Assembly (NCBI GenBank): GCA_963739455.1
Contig: CAVUAK010000001.1
Coordinates: 2,304,001-2,368,000 of the forward strand
Source: an uncultured Gemmatimonadales bacterium
Lineage (GTDB): Bacteria > Gemmatimonadota > Gemmatimonadetes > Gemmatimonadales > GWC2-71-9
Direction of reading: 5' to 3'
Length of the DNA stretch: 64,000 nt
This document shows positions 54,361-64,000 of the stretch, piece after piece; within the stretch, counting starts at the first letter, position 1; each line of letters begins with the position of its first letter. The notes under the pieces are model-generated. The model did no database searches, was not told where the DNA came from, and saw only the letters and a list, made by a program, of their open reading frames with translations. The position numbers were made by a program, and so were the translations under genes.

Positions 54361-57300
54361 CTGAAGATTCCAGTTCGCGTCATCGCGCTCATTCTTGTCC
54401 TTGTCTCGTCGCGGGTGGCTGCGCAGATCGCAGCGCCACCGACGGGATTTTCCGTGTCGTCGTGGACCACGGCGGATGGGCTTCCGCAGAGTTCCATCGG
54501 GGGATTGGCGCGCGACCGGGAGGGCTACCTCTGGGTCGGCACCTCTGCGGGACTGGCGCGCTTCGACGGCGACAGTTTCGTGACGTACCCGCGCGAACCG
54601 ATGGCGGAGCCGTTCAAGATGGTGTCGGATATGACGACCGACGCGAGCGGGACGATCTGGGTGGCGGGGGCGGACTCGGGTGTCGCACGACTCGACCAGT
54701 ACGGCCGGCTCACGCCCACCACGCCGTCGCCGGTGCCGCGACCGTTGCACCTCGCGGTGGGCGGGGCGGACTCCGTGTGGATGGCCTATTTCGGACAGTT
54801 GTGGCTGCATGCGGAGAACCGCTGGCAACAACTTGCGTCGGTTCCCGACAACGTCATCGGTGAAATCGGGGCGCTGATGGTCGATGACACTGGTGCGCTG
54901 TGGATCGGCACGACCAACGGCCTGGCACGGCTCGGACCTGGCGGCCAGCGACTGCAACGAATCGCCGGGCTGTCATGCGTCAATGTCTGGTCGCTTGCGG
55001 CAGCGGGTGGGGGTGACGTCTGGGTTGGCACCTGCGGTGGCGTGGTCAGGGTGTCAGCACAGGGCGCGCTGGAGCGGATGGTATGGGATCGCCCGTCGCG
55101 CTCACGAGTGCGGAGCCTGCTGGCTGAAGGTGACAGCGTCCTGTGGTTCGGCGATCGTGATGGAGTGCACCGTCTCAGGGTGACGCGCGACAGCGGGTCC
55201 TCCTGGCGCGTGCACACAACGTTCACCGGGTCGCTGGACCTGGAAGGGGCAGAGCCCAACGTCATGCTCGCCGGGGCCAATGGCAGTATCTGGGTGGGCA
55301 GCAATGGGGCGGGACTACGACTCATCCGTCCACAGCTGGTGGGGCGCCTTACGCTGGCCGACGGACTTCCCGACCGCCCGGTGCATCACCTGATTCCCGA
55401 CGGACACGGGGGCCTGTGGCTGGGTGGTGGCTGCGGTGGCCTGGTGCAATGGCGTGAGGGAGAGGTGAAGGTCTATCGTCCTCCTTCACTCGGCCTCAGT
55501 TCGAATTGCGTGCGCGGGCTGCTGCGCGATCGCGCCGACAACCTGTGGATCGGCGAGGTGGGCCGCCTGATCAGGCTGGACACCGCCGGGCACTCGGTGG
55601 AAATGGCAGGGCAGCCTGGCGCGCCCGTGAACGAGTTCATCCCGATGCTCGAGGACCGGGAGGGCCGAGTCTGGTACGGGACCACCTTCGGCACCGTCGG
55701 ATACGTCTCGAGCGACGGTGCGACGACCATGCTGCCCGATACCACGCTCTCACCGCACAAAGTGTGGTCGATGATCGAGGACGAGACCGGGGTGTGGGTG
55801 GGACAGGTGGGCGAGCTGACGCATCTCGTGAACGGCCGGGTTGATGTGCGCCTGGGGAAGAAGGAGGGCATGCCGCCGGGCCTGATCCGGAGCCTCACGT
55901 ACGACCGCTCCGGGGACCTCTGGATCGCGAGCTATGGCGGCGGCCTGGCGCGACTGCGCGGAGGAACCGGCGGCCAGGTGCAGCGGCTTCGTCCGGGTGG
56001 CCGGCGATTCGAGCAGGCACTGTCGGCGATCGTGATCGACCGGGCGGACCGTTTCTGGTTCCTGGGCGATGGCGGCCTGACGATGATGGCGCCGGGCGAG
56101 TTGTCGGCAGCGGTTGACGAAGGGCGACCGGTTCGTGGGGCGGTGGAGCTGGGCCTCCCCGATGGAGTGCCGGAGGGCAACAACGGCTTCCCCAATGCGT
56201 GGATCGATCGCACCGTGGACCGGCTGTGGGTGGCCACAGTGGACGGTGTGGTAACGGTCGACCTGCCAAGATTTCCCCGCGGCGCCACGGGACCCCGGCT
56301 GCGGATCGATGACGTGCGGATCGACGGCGCGCGCACGGCGACGACGGACTCCGTCGTCGTGCCGGTTGGCGGGAACGCGCTGGAGATCCGGTTTACGGCG
56401 CCGACCTTCGGCGGGCCCGACGACCTGCGCTTCCGCTATCGCCTCCGGGGCCATGATCGCGACTGGATCGAGAGCGGCACCACGCGCGTGGCGCGCTACG
56501 CGAGCCTTGCCCCGGGGCGATACACCTTTGAGCTGATCGGCCGGAGCCGGGATGGCGTCGAGCGCAGCGCGCCGCTGGCACTGCCGGTGACGGTGGTACC
56601 GGCCTGGTGGCAGACGGCCCTCGCCCGCATCGTGTTCGTCCTGCTCGGGCTTGGCCTGATCTGGTTTGCGTTTCTGGCGCTGTCGCGGCGGCTCCGGGAG
56701 CGGGCGCGGGTACTGCAGCACGAGATCTCGGTGCGGGAGCAGGCGGAGGCGCAGGCGGCCGCCGCGGCGCGTGACCTGGCCCATGTCAGCCGGCTGGCGA
56801 CGGCGGGCGAACTGGCGACGTCAATCGCCCATGAACTGAACCAGCCGCTCACGGCAGTCGTCGGGAGTGCCCAGACCGCGCGTCACCTGCTGCATGGCGA
56901 GGGCCACGAGGCACTGCGCGAATTGCTCGACGCGATCGTGACCCAGAGCGACCGCGCGGCCGGCGTCATTCGAAGCCTCCGGGCGTTCGTGCTCAAGCAG
57001 CGATCGGCGGACGAACTCCTGTCTCCCGATGCCGTGGTTGCCGATACCCTCCAGCTCATGCGCCAGGAACTCGCGGTGCGGGGCGTCACGACCAGGGTGG
57101 TGAACGAACTCCGGCCCGGCGCGCGAGTGCGGGGCGACGCGGTGCAGCTGCAGCAGGTGGTGGTCAACCTGCTCCTCAATGCGGCGGACGCGATGAGCGG
57201 CCTGCCGGGATCGAAACGCCGAGTTACTGTACTGGTGCGCTCGGACGATGCGGAGACGGTGCGGATCTCGGTGTTTGATGCGGGAAAGGGGCTCGAGCCG

Positions 57301-57474
57301 GACGCGCTGGCGCGGGTCTTCGAGCCCTTCTTCACCACGAAGCCGGGAGGGCTTGGGCTTGGGCTGTCGCTGAGCCACTCCATCATCGAGGCGCACTCGG
57401 GCCGGCTGTGGGCGGAGTCGGCGCCGGGGAAGGGCAGTGCGTTCCACATCCACTTGCCGGTGAGCCAAACGTGA
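54361..57474 (+). CDS. Sensor histidine kinase with beta-propeller (Reg_prop) and Y_Y_Y domains
   Basis: DGLPQ/LWVGT repeats, FRYRL.G, AHELNQPL, NLLLNA, FEPFFTTK, GLGLGL. Confidence 0.92.
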   Translation: MKIPVRVIALILVLVSSRVAAQIAAPPTGFSVSSWTTADGLPQSSIGGLARDREGYLWVGTSAGLARFDGDSFVTYPREPMAEPFKMVSDMTTDASGTIWVAGADSGVARLDQYGRLTPTTPSPVPRPLHLAVGGADSVWMAYFGQLWLHAENRWQQLASVPDNVIGEIGALMVDDTGALWIGTTNGLARLGPGGQRLQRIAGLSCVNVWSLAAAGGGDVWVGTCGGVVRVSAQGALERMVWDRPSRSRVRSLLAEGDSVLWFGDRDGVHRLRVTRDSGSSWRVHTTFTGSLDLEGAEPNVMLAGANGSIWVGSNGAGLRLIRPQLVGRLTLADGLPDRPVHHLIPDGHGGLWLGGGCGGLVQWREGEVKVYRPPSLGLSSNCVRGLLRDRADNLWIGEVGRLIRLDTAGHSVEMAGQPGAPVNEFIPMLEDREGRVWYGTTFGTVGYVSSDGATTMLPDTTLSPHKVWSMIEDETGVWVGQVGELTHLVNGRVDVRLGKKEGMPPGLIRSLTYDRSGDLWIASYGGGLARLRGGTGGQVQRLRPGGRRFEQALSAIVIDRADRFWFLGDGGLTMMAPGELSAAVDEGRPVRGAVELGLPDGVPEGNNGFPNAWIDRTVDRLWVATVDGVVTVDLPRFPRGATGPRLRIDDVRIDGARTATTDSVVVPVGGNALEIRFTAPTFGGPDDLRFRYRLRGHDRDWIESGTTRVARYASLAPGRYTFELIGRSRDGVERSAPLALPVTVVPAWWQTALARIVFVLLGLGLIWFAFLALSRRLRERARVLQHEISVREQAEAQAAAAARDLAHVSRLATAGELATSIAHELNQPLTAVVGSAQTARHLLHGEGHEALRELLDAIVTQSDRAAGVIRSLRAFVLKQRSADELLSPDAVVADTLQLMRQELAVRGVTTRVVNELRPGARVRGDAVQLQQVVVNLLLNAADAMSGLPGSKRRVTVLVRSDDAETVRISVFDAGKGLEPDALARVFEPFFTTKPGGLGLGLSLSHSIIEAHSGRLWAESAPGKGSAFHIHLPVSQT

Positions 57475-58097
57475 GCACCGAACGAGTTGTGCACCTGGTG
57501 GACGACGACGAGGCGGTGCGCAATGCGCTGGGTGGCCTGCTGTCGGTGTGCGGGTTCGCCGTCCACCGCCATGCGTCGGGGCGCGCGCTGCTGGAGCGCC
57601 TCGAGTCGCTGCCATCGGGCGTGATCCTGCTGGACCTGCGCATGCCGGAGATGTCGGGTCTCGAGGTCCAGGCGGAACTGGAACGACGGGCGATCCCGCT
57701 CCCGATCATCTACCTGACGGCGCATGGGGACGTGCCCACCGGGGTGCTGGCGATGAAGCGGGGCGCGGTCGACTTCCTGGAGAAGCCGGTGCGCGAGGAG
57801 GGCCTGCTCGCGGCGCTCGAACAGGCATTCCGGGTGTTCGGGTCGCAGTCGGACGTGCGGGCCGCCGGCCGGGTGGCGCGGGGGCATGCTGCGCTCCTGA
57901 CGCCTCGGGAGCGGGAGGTGATCGAACTGGTGGTGCGCGGCTCCCGCAACCGGGATATTGCCACGATGCTGGGGATCAGCCTGCAGACGGTGAAAGTCCA
58001 TCGCATGCGTGGCATGACCAAGATGCACGTGACGACGATCCCGGACCTCACTCGGGCGTGGCAGGCCGCGGCCATGGCGGACAGCTCGGCAGACTAG
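57471..58097 (+). CDS. FixJ/LuxR family response regulator
   Basis: VDDD, LLDLRMP, TAHGD, FLEKP, LTPRE, TVKVHR. Confidence 0.93.
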   Translation: MSTERVVHLVDDDEAVRNALGGLLSVCGFAVHRHASGRALLERLESLPSGVILLDLRMPEMSGLEVQAELERRAIPLPIIYLTAHGDVPTGVLAMKRGAVDFLEKPVREEGLLAALEQAFRVFGSQSDVRAAGRVARGHAALLTPREREVIELVVRGSRNRDIATMLGISLQTVKVHRMRGMTKMHVTTIPDLTRAWQAAAMADSSAD

Positions 58098-58194
58098 GTC
58101 CCCCGGCATCACCCCAAGGTTCAATGGTCCCACTCGCCTGACGGCACGAGTCTTCAGGGCGGCCACTTACGGCCATGTCGCCCTGGAGATGTGA

Positions 58195-58863
58195 ATGATC
58201 GCTGCCCGCGCGCTCCACCTGTCCCCGACCCCGCCACCACGACCAATGCCGCTGCCGGCGCTTCGCACCGCGTCGGAGCGGAGCATCCGTGAGGCGGCCG
58301 AGACGAACGAACTGGTGCGGCGGCACCTGTCAGGCGACCCGCTGGCGTTCGACGAGCTCGTCGGGCGCTACCATGGCCGAGTGCTTCGCTTCACCATTCG
58401 CATGATCGGCGACCGGGAGAGTGCGGAAGACCTGGTACAGGAGGCGTTCTTCCGGGTTTCGCGACACATCCATCGCTTCGACACCAGCCGCAAGTTCTCG
58501 ACCTGGCTGTACACCATCGTGTCGAACCTCAGCAAGAACGAGCTGCGCCGTCGCCGGCGGAGCCCGCTGGTGCTGTACCAGTCGAACGGCACGGAGGACG
58601 ACGATTCGGCCCCGATGCAGTTCGCCGATGCGCGCGGCCGTCCGGACGACGCCATGGCGTACCGGGACCTCACGAAGCTGGTGGATGCGACGCTGGCGCG
58701 TCTCCCGGCGCTGTATCGCGACGTGCTGGTGCTGCGTGAGCTCGAGGGTCGCAGCTACGACGAAATGGGCGAGATCCTCGGTTGCCGCCTCGGGGCGGTG
58801 AAGAGCCGGCTGCACCGCGCGCGCATGTCCTTCCTGGCATTGATCGCACCTCATCTCGACTGA
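58195..58863 (+). CDS. ECF sigma-70 factor (start may be 58246)
   Basis: AEDLVQEAF, FSTWLYTI, GAVKSRLHRAR. Confidence 0.92.
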   Translation: MIAARALHLSPTPPPRPMPLPALRTASERSIREAAETNELVRRHLSGDPLAFDELVGRYHGRVLRFTIRMIGDRESAEDLVQEAFFRVSRHIHRFDTSRKFSTWLYTIVSNLSKNELRRRRRSPLVLYQSNGTEDDDSAPMQFADARGRPDDAMAYRDLTKLVDATLARLPALYRDVLVLRELEGRSYDEMGEILGCRLGAVKSRLHRARMSFLALIAPHLD

Positions 58864-58872
58864 AGAGGCATC

Positions 58873-60643
58873 ATGAACGTCGTCTCGCGTGCACCCATCG
58901 GGTTCATGATTGCCCTCCTCGCGACGAGCGTGGTGGCGGGCTGCAAGGGGAAGGCCGCTGATACCACTGCTGCACCGGCCGAAAGCGTGGCAGCGCCCGA
59001 CACGGCGCAGGCGCAGGTGGCCGAAGCGCCGCCGGCATCGGTGGATGAGCTGGTGGCCCCGATCGCGCTGTATCCCGACCAGTTGCTCGGCCAGATCCTG
59101 ACCATCTCGACCACGCCGCAGGAGGTGCTGGACGTCGGCAACTGGATCCTCGCGAACCAGAGCCTGGAGGGCGATGCGCTCTCGGGCGCCGCGAAGACGG
59201 CGGGCTTCACGCCGAGCGCGCAGTATCTCGTGAGCTTCCCGGCGGTGGTGGACAACATGTGCCAGGAGCTGGACTGGACGACGCAACTGGGCGAGGCGTT
59301 CACGTCCAACCAGCAGGGCGTGATGGACGCGGTGCAGCGGAAGCGGCAGCAGGCACAGCAGAGCGGAAACCTGGTGTCGAGCCCGCAGATGCAGGTGTCG
59401 ACGAAGCAGGCGTCGAATGGTGATGCCTACATCGAGATCGCGCCGGGCAACCCGAAGGTGGTCTACGTTCCCCAGTACGACCCGGTGACGGTGTACGTCA
59501 CCGCTCCGCCGGCTACCACGACGACGACCACGACGACGGTACAGAAGTCGGGGGTGAGCACCGGTGCCGCGGTCGGGATCGGCCTGCTGTCGTTCGGGGT
59601 GGGCATGGCGGTGGGTTCAGCGATCAACAACAACAACAACTACTACCCGTATCCGTCATGGGGCTATGGGAGCATGTACTATGGCGGGCGGCCGTACTAT
59701 CCGCCGCCGTACCGGCCGCCGGTGTATCCGGGCTACCGTCCGGTGTATGGGTACAATCCGCCGCCCAACTACCGGTATCACAACACGAACGTGACGATCA
59801 ACAACAACGACTACTACAACCGGTTCAACAACAACAACCGGCCGAACGGCAACAACAATCGTCCGAATGGCAACAACAACCGTCCGGGGAACAACAACAA
59901 CCGCCCGGGCAACAACGGCAACCTGGCGAACAACAACAATCGTCCGGCCGGGGAACGGAACGGCAACCGGCCCGGCAACGGCGAACGACAATCGTCCCGG
60001 CAACAACAACCGGCCCGGTGCCGGTGCGGCGCCCAACGGGACATACAATGGCGCCCGGCCCAAGACGGGTGACCAGCGCCCGGGCGCCGGGATGGCGAAC
60101 GCGAACCCGAACGGGCCTGCCGGGAAGGGGCCGGGGAACCAGATGGCGTCGCGCGACAACCCGCGTCCGACTCCAGGTGGCGCCGGAAACGCGGCACGAC
60201 CTGGTGGTGCGGCCGCGGCGGGTACGCGCGACATGAGCCGCCCGACGGGTGGTGGAAACCGGCCGACCACGGGAGCACAGCCGGTGGATCGGGGATATGG
60301 GGACGCCCGGCCCTCGACGGGTGCCGCGAATGCGAGCCGTCCGTCGCCAGGCGCGGCGAAGCCGACGCGGCCGTCAACGGGAGCCGCTACCGCCAGTCGG
60401 CCTGGGACAGCTGCTGCGCCGAGCCGTCCCGCGGCCAAGCCGCAGCCGGCGAGTCGTCCTGCGCCGCAGCCGCAGAGTCGTCCGGCGCCCCAGAAGCAGG
60501 GAGGCGGCGCCTATGGTGGCGGCGGGGGTGGCGGTGGGAACAGTGCGCGCGCGGCGAGCAGCCGCGGGAAGGCCAGCATGGGCGGAAGCAGTGGCGGTGG
60601 CGGTGGTGGTGCGAGTGCACGTGGCGCGGGGAGGGCTCGCTGA
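58873..60643 (+). CDS. DUF3300-like protein with low-complexity tail (frameshift ~59985)
   Basis: LVAPIALYPD.LL.Q, WTTQLGEAF, VYVPQYDP; lipobox VAGC. Confidence 0.85.
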
Positions 60644-61542
60644 TGTCACATACAACTGAACGGCGCGCGCGGGTGTCCGGTGCCGCGCTCCTGATGATGC
60701 TCTGCCTGGGCTGTGGGGACCGCACGCCGGCACCGGTTGCAACGGGCGCCGGATGAGGGTGCGCGGACCTATGCCACGACGGACGAGGCGGTGGCGGCGT
60801 TCATCAAGGCGTCGAGGGATGGCAGCGTCCCGGAATTGCTGGCGATCCTGGGGCCGGGGAGCGAGGACATCATTTCCTCGGGCGATACGATCGCGGACGC
60901 AAAGGAGCGCGCCTGGTTCGTGGCGCGGTTCGACTCGACCCATACGCTGGTCGAGTCGGCTCCCGACCAGCTGACGCTCGACGTGGGTGCGGACGACTGG
61001 CCGCTTGCCGATCCCGCTGACGCGGGTGGACGGCAAGTGGCACTGGGATGGAGCGGCGGGACGGCAGGAGATCGTCTTCCGCCGGATCGGGCACAACGAG
61101 CTGGGTGCAATCCAGGCGTGTCGTGGAGTGGTGGCGGCACAGCAGGACTACGCGGCCGTGCCACATGATCGCCAGAAGGCCGGCAGCTACGCCGCGCGGA
61201 TTGTGAGCCAGCCGGGCAAGCAGGATGGGTTGTACTGGGCGACGAACGATGGCGCAACGCCGAGTCCCCTGGGGCCGTTCATGGCGCAGGCGGGGGGCGA
61301 AGGGTACGACACGACGGGAGTACAGACGCCGTACCACGGCTACTACTACCGCATGCTGCCGAATCCGGATGGCTTCGGGCTCGTCGCATATCCCGGCCGA
61401 CTATCGCGCGAGCGGTGTGATGACGTTCCTCGTGGACCAGACGGGCGTGGTGTACCAGAAGGACCTGGGCGAGGAGACGGGCACGCTGGCGCAGGCGATG
61501 ACGGGGTTTGCGGTGGACTCGACGTGGACCGTGGTTGAGTAG
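60643..61542 (+). CDS. DUF2950-like protein (frameshifted)
   Basis: G.DDWP, RRIGHNEL, DGLYW, PYHGYYY, SGVMTF, VYQKDLG. Confidence 0.85.
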
Positions 61543-61572
61543 GAACTGCGGGAACAGGGAACAGGGAACAGG
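61543..61572 (+). repeat. GAACTGC(GGGAACA)3 array
   Basis: Directly after the TAG stop; same leader as at 52803. Confidence 0.85.
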
Positions 61573-61602
61573 AGGCCGGCCCGCAGAAATGCGGCCGGCC
61601 TC
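61572..61602. terminator. Hairpin between convergent genes
   Basis: GAGGCCGGCC(C)GCA-GAAA-TGCGGCCGGCCTC. Confidence 0.6.
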
Positions 61603-61613
61603 GTTCGCGCCCC

Positions 61614-62042
61614 TTACTTCATGCCGAAGACAGTGACGTCGGCCTTTCCCTTGAGGATGCCCTTGGTGTCATACCAGAAGTCGATGCGCCGGATGTGGCG
61701 GGTGCCGGAGCCCTTGAGGTCGATGACGCGGCTTTCGCCGCCCTCGGGAATGTTCTGGCGCACGTCGATGTTGTCGGGCTGGCCGTTGGCATAGGTGACG
61801 ACCATGCGCTGCATGTTGAGCGGCGCATCGGTGACCTTGAACTTGAGCTTGCGAAAGGTGTCGTACGGTCCCTTGACGACGATTGCGTCGTGGTCGGCGC
61901 CGTGATCGGCGTGGGTCTGGCCGATGAGGCGCCAGGTGCCTGGGGCGCCAGGGCGGGGCTGGGTGACCTGCTGTGCGGTGAGCGTGCCCGCGCCGAGCGT
62001 GATGGCGGCCATCGCTGCAATAAGGATCTTTGATTGCTTCAC
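61614..62042 (-). CDS. Secreted hypothetical protein (possibly DUF2541-like)
   Basis: Signal peptide; W..IG, D.D.I, VTYANG, SRVIDL.G, IDFWY. Confidence 0.6.
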   Translation of the reverse strand: MKQSKILIAAMAAITLGAGTLTAQQVTQPRPGAPGTWRLIGQTHADHGADHDAIVVKGPYDTFRKLKFKVTDAPLNMQRMVVTYANGQPDNIDVRQNIPEGGESRVIDLKGSGTRHIRRIDFWYDTKGILKGKADVTVFGMK

Positions 62043-62110
62043 GTCATCTCTCCGGGAATGTCCTGTGCGCAGGAAGCTACGGAGAGGCGGGGTGCGGGGT
62101 ATTGAACGAT

Positions 62111-62145
62111 GGGAGTACAGGGAACAGGGAATAGGAAACAGGGGA
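62111..62145 (+). repeat. Degenerate GGGAACA array
   Basis: ACA GGGAACA GGGAATA GGAAACA GGGGA. Confidence 0.65.
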
Positions 62146-62210
62146 CTGTGACCTTGCGGGAACGCTGTAGCAGGAGCTAGAAAGAGACAGCAACAAACGG
62201 GAGCACTCCG

Positions 62211-63702
62211 ATGACATTTGTGACAGGCACCGGCCGCATGCGAGTCATGATGACAGGACTCGTGGCGGTGAGCGTGCTTTCGACGGGCACCTTGCGAGCG
62301 CAGGATGCGGCAGCACCGCAGGTGGCGGTGGCGGCTGCGACGCCAACAACACCGGTGACCCTCGCCGACCTGGTGGCGCCGATTGCGCTCTATCCCGACC
62401 AGCTGCTGGGCCAGGTGCTGATGATCTCGTCCACACCGCAGGAGGTGCTGGACCTGGGCAACTGGCTGATCGAGAACGACACGCTGACCGGCAGCAAGGC
62501 GCAGGATGCCGCGAAGGCAGCGGGCTTCTCCACCAGTGCGCAGTACCTGGCGCTGTTTCCCCAGGTGGTGGACAACATGGCCCAGCAGATCGACTGGACC
62601 ACGCAGCTGGGTGATGCCTTCACCGACAAGCCGAAGGACGTGATGGCGGCGATCCAGACGAAGCGGGAGGCGGCGGTGAAGGCGGGCAACCTCAAGACCA
62701 GCTCGCAGATGACGGTGGAGACAAAGAAGGCCGATAACGGCACCTCCTACATCTCGATCTCACCGACTGATCCGAAGGTGATCTACGTGCCGGTGTACAA
62801 CCCGGTCAACGTGTACGTCACCAACCCGACGCCGGCACCGGCCGCGGCACCGACGACCACGACGACGACCACCACGACAGCCAGCTCGGGGGTGAGCAGC
62901 GGTGCGGCCGTGGGCATTGGACTGCTGTCGTTCGGTGTGGGGATGGCGGTGGGAGCCTCGATCAACAACAACTACTACCCGTACCCGATGTGGGGCTATG
63001 GCGGGATGTACTACGGTGGGCGTCCCTACTATCCGCCGCCGTACCGCCCGCCGTACTACCCGGGATACCACCCGGCGTACGGGTACCATCCGCCGGCGAA
63101 CTATCACTGGAACCAGGTGAACCGGCAGACGAACATCACGGTGAACAACAACAACTATTACAACAAGGTCAACACCAACCCGCGGAAGCCGTCGGGGAAC
63201 AACAATCGTCCCGGGCAGATAGCTGGCGGCAACCGTCCGGGCGGCGGCGGGGGCGGTGAATACAAGGGTGCGCGTCCCAGCACCAACGATCGTCCGGGGG
63301 CCGGCAACAACCGGCCGGGCGGGAACGACCGTCCTGGCGCGGGGAATGACCGGCCCGGCGGGAATGATCGTCCGGGTGCGGGGAACAGCAGGCCGGGCGG
63401 GAACGATCGACCGGCCACGGCGAACGCGGGTGGCGCCGCTACCCGTCCGGGCGGTGGCGGTGGGCGGGTGATCGCGGCTACGGCGGTGGTGCGGGCGGGG
63501 CGCAAACCGTGCCGCGCCGGCGAAGGCAGCCGCACCGGCGAACCGCAGCGGTGGTGCGTTCGGTTCCTCGGGTGGCGGGAGCGGAAGCAGTGCGCGCGCT
63601 GCCAGCGATCGCGGGCGGGCAAGCGCCGGCCCGGCTCATGGTGGTGGTGGAGGGGGCGGTGGCAACCGCGGCGGTGGTGGTGGTGGCGGGAGGAAGCGGT
63701 GA
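62211..63702 (+). CDS. DUF3300-like protein, second copy (frameshifted tail)
   Basis: LVAPIALYPDQLLGQ, WTTQLGDAF, IYVPVYNP; NDRPG repeats. Confidence 0.83.
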
Positions 63703-64000
63703 TGCGCACTCAATCCAGTAGTCTCGTGCTGCTCGGCGCACTCGGGCTGGTGCTCAGCGGCTGTGGCAAGATGGAGTCGTCGGGGGGACAGACGACGTTC
63801 AAGACGCCGGACGAGGCGGTGGCGGCGTTCGTGGCAGCAGCGCGCGCCAACGATACCAAGGCGCTCGATGCGATGCTCGGCGCTGATGGCGCCGATATCG
63901 TGACCTCGAGTGACACGATCGCCGACATGGCGGAGCGGGCGCGGTTCGTGGAGCGGTTCGACGAGAAGCACGACATCGTCGAGGACGGTGCCAATGAGGC
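63702..64000 (+). CDS. DUF2950-like lipoprotein, second copy (truncated by window)
   Basis: Lipobox LSGC; F.TPDEAVAAFV, IVTSSDTIAD..ERARF, paralogous to the 60643 gene. Confidence 0.8.
   Translation, partial: MRTQSSSLVLLGALGLVLSGCGKMESSGGQTTFKTPDEAVAAFVAAARANDTKALDAMLGADGADIVTSSDTIADMAERARFVERFDEKHDIVEDGANE

Noticed and set aside
59560..63070. DGR template/variable repeat pair (AAC-rich similar segments, Avd-like gene in window)
   Set aside because: Differences are mostly synonymous third-position changes rather than adenine-specific, both copies are coding, and no reverse transcriptase is present.

Overview
GC-rich bacterial chromosomal window; gene content and order suggest Gemmatimonadota (inference). 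Many genes, including housekeeping ones, carry single-base frameshifts typical of an unpolished long-read assembly. Region 1-22.3 kb is core: argS 3' end, PfkB kinase, purM, ribD/ribE/ribBA/ribH, nusB, a glycosyltransferase, hpf-hprK-mannose-type PTS-ptsH-ptsI, metK, recO, selB, clpB, tadA. Region 22.5-44.9 kb is accessory and contains two tRNA-Ser genes. It has a large repeat-built envelope protein, a nucleotidyltransferase, SPFH, PadR, glutamine synthetase III, GDPD, two amidohydrolases and a divergent chaperone-usher-like pilus operon. Region 45-51.4 kb is an esterase/ATP-grasp/YbdK/gamma-glutamyl hydrolase operon. Region 51.4-64 kb has two OM barrels, a two-component pair, an ECF sigma factor and duplicated DUF3300/DUF2950-like pairs. 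The most striking unexplained signal is about 20 short tandem-repeat arrays (7-, 8/9- and 21-mers) sitting mostly at gene ends. One family forms inverted arms that are either empty or enclose a four-helix-bundle (IVS/Avd-like) gene inserted antisense within an operon, suggesting a repeat-bounded mobile or recombinogenic cassette system.
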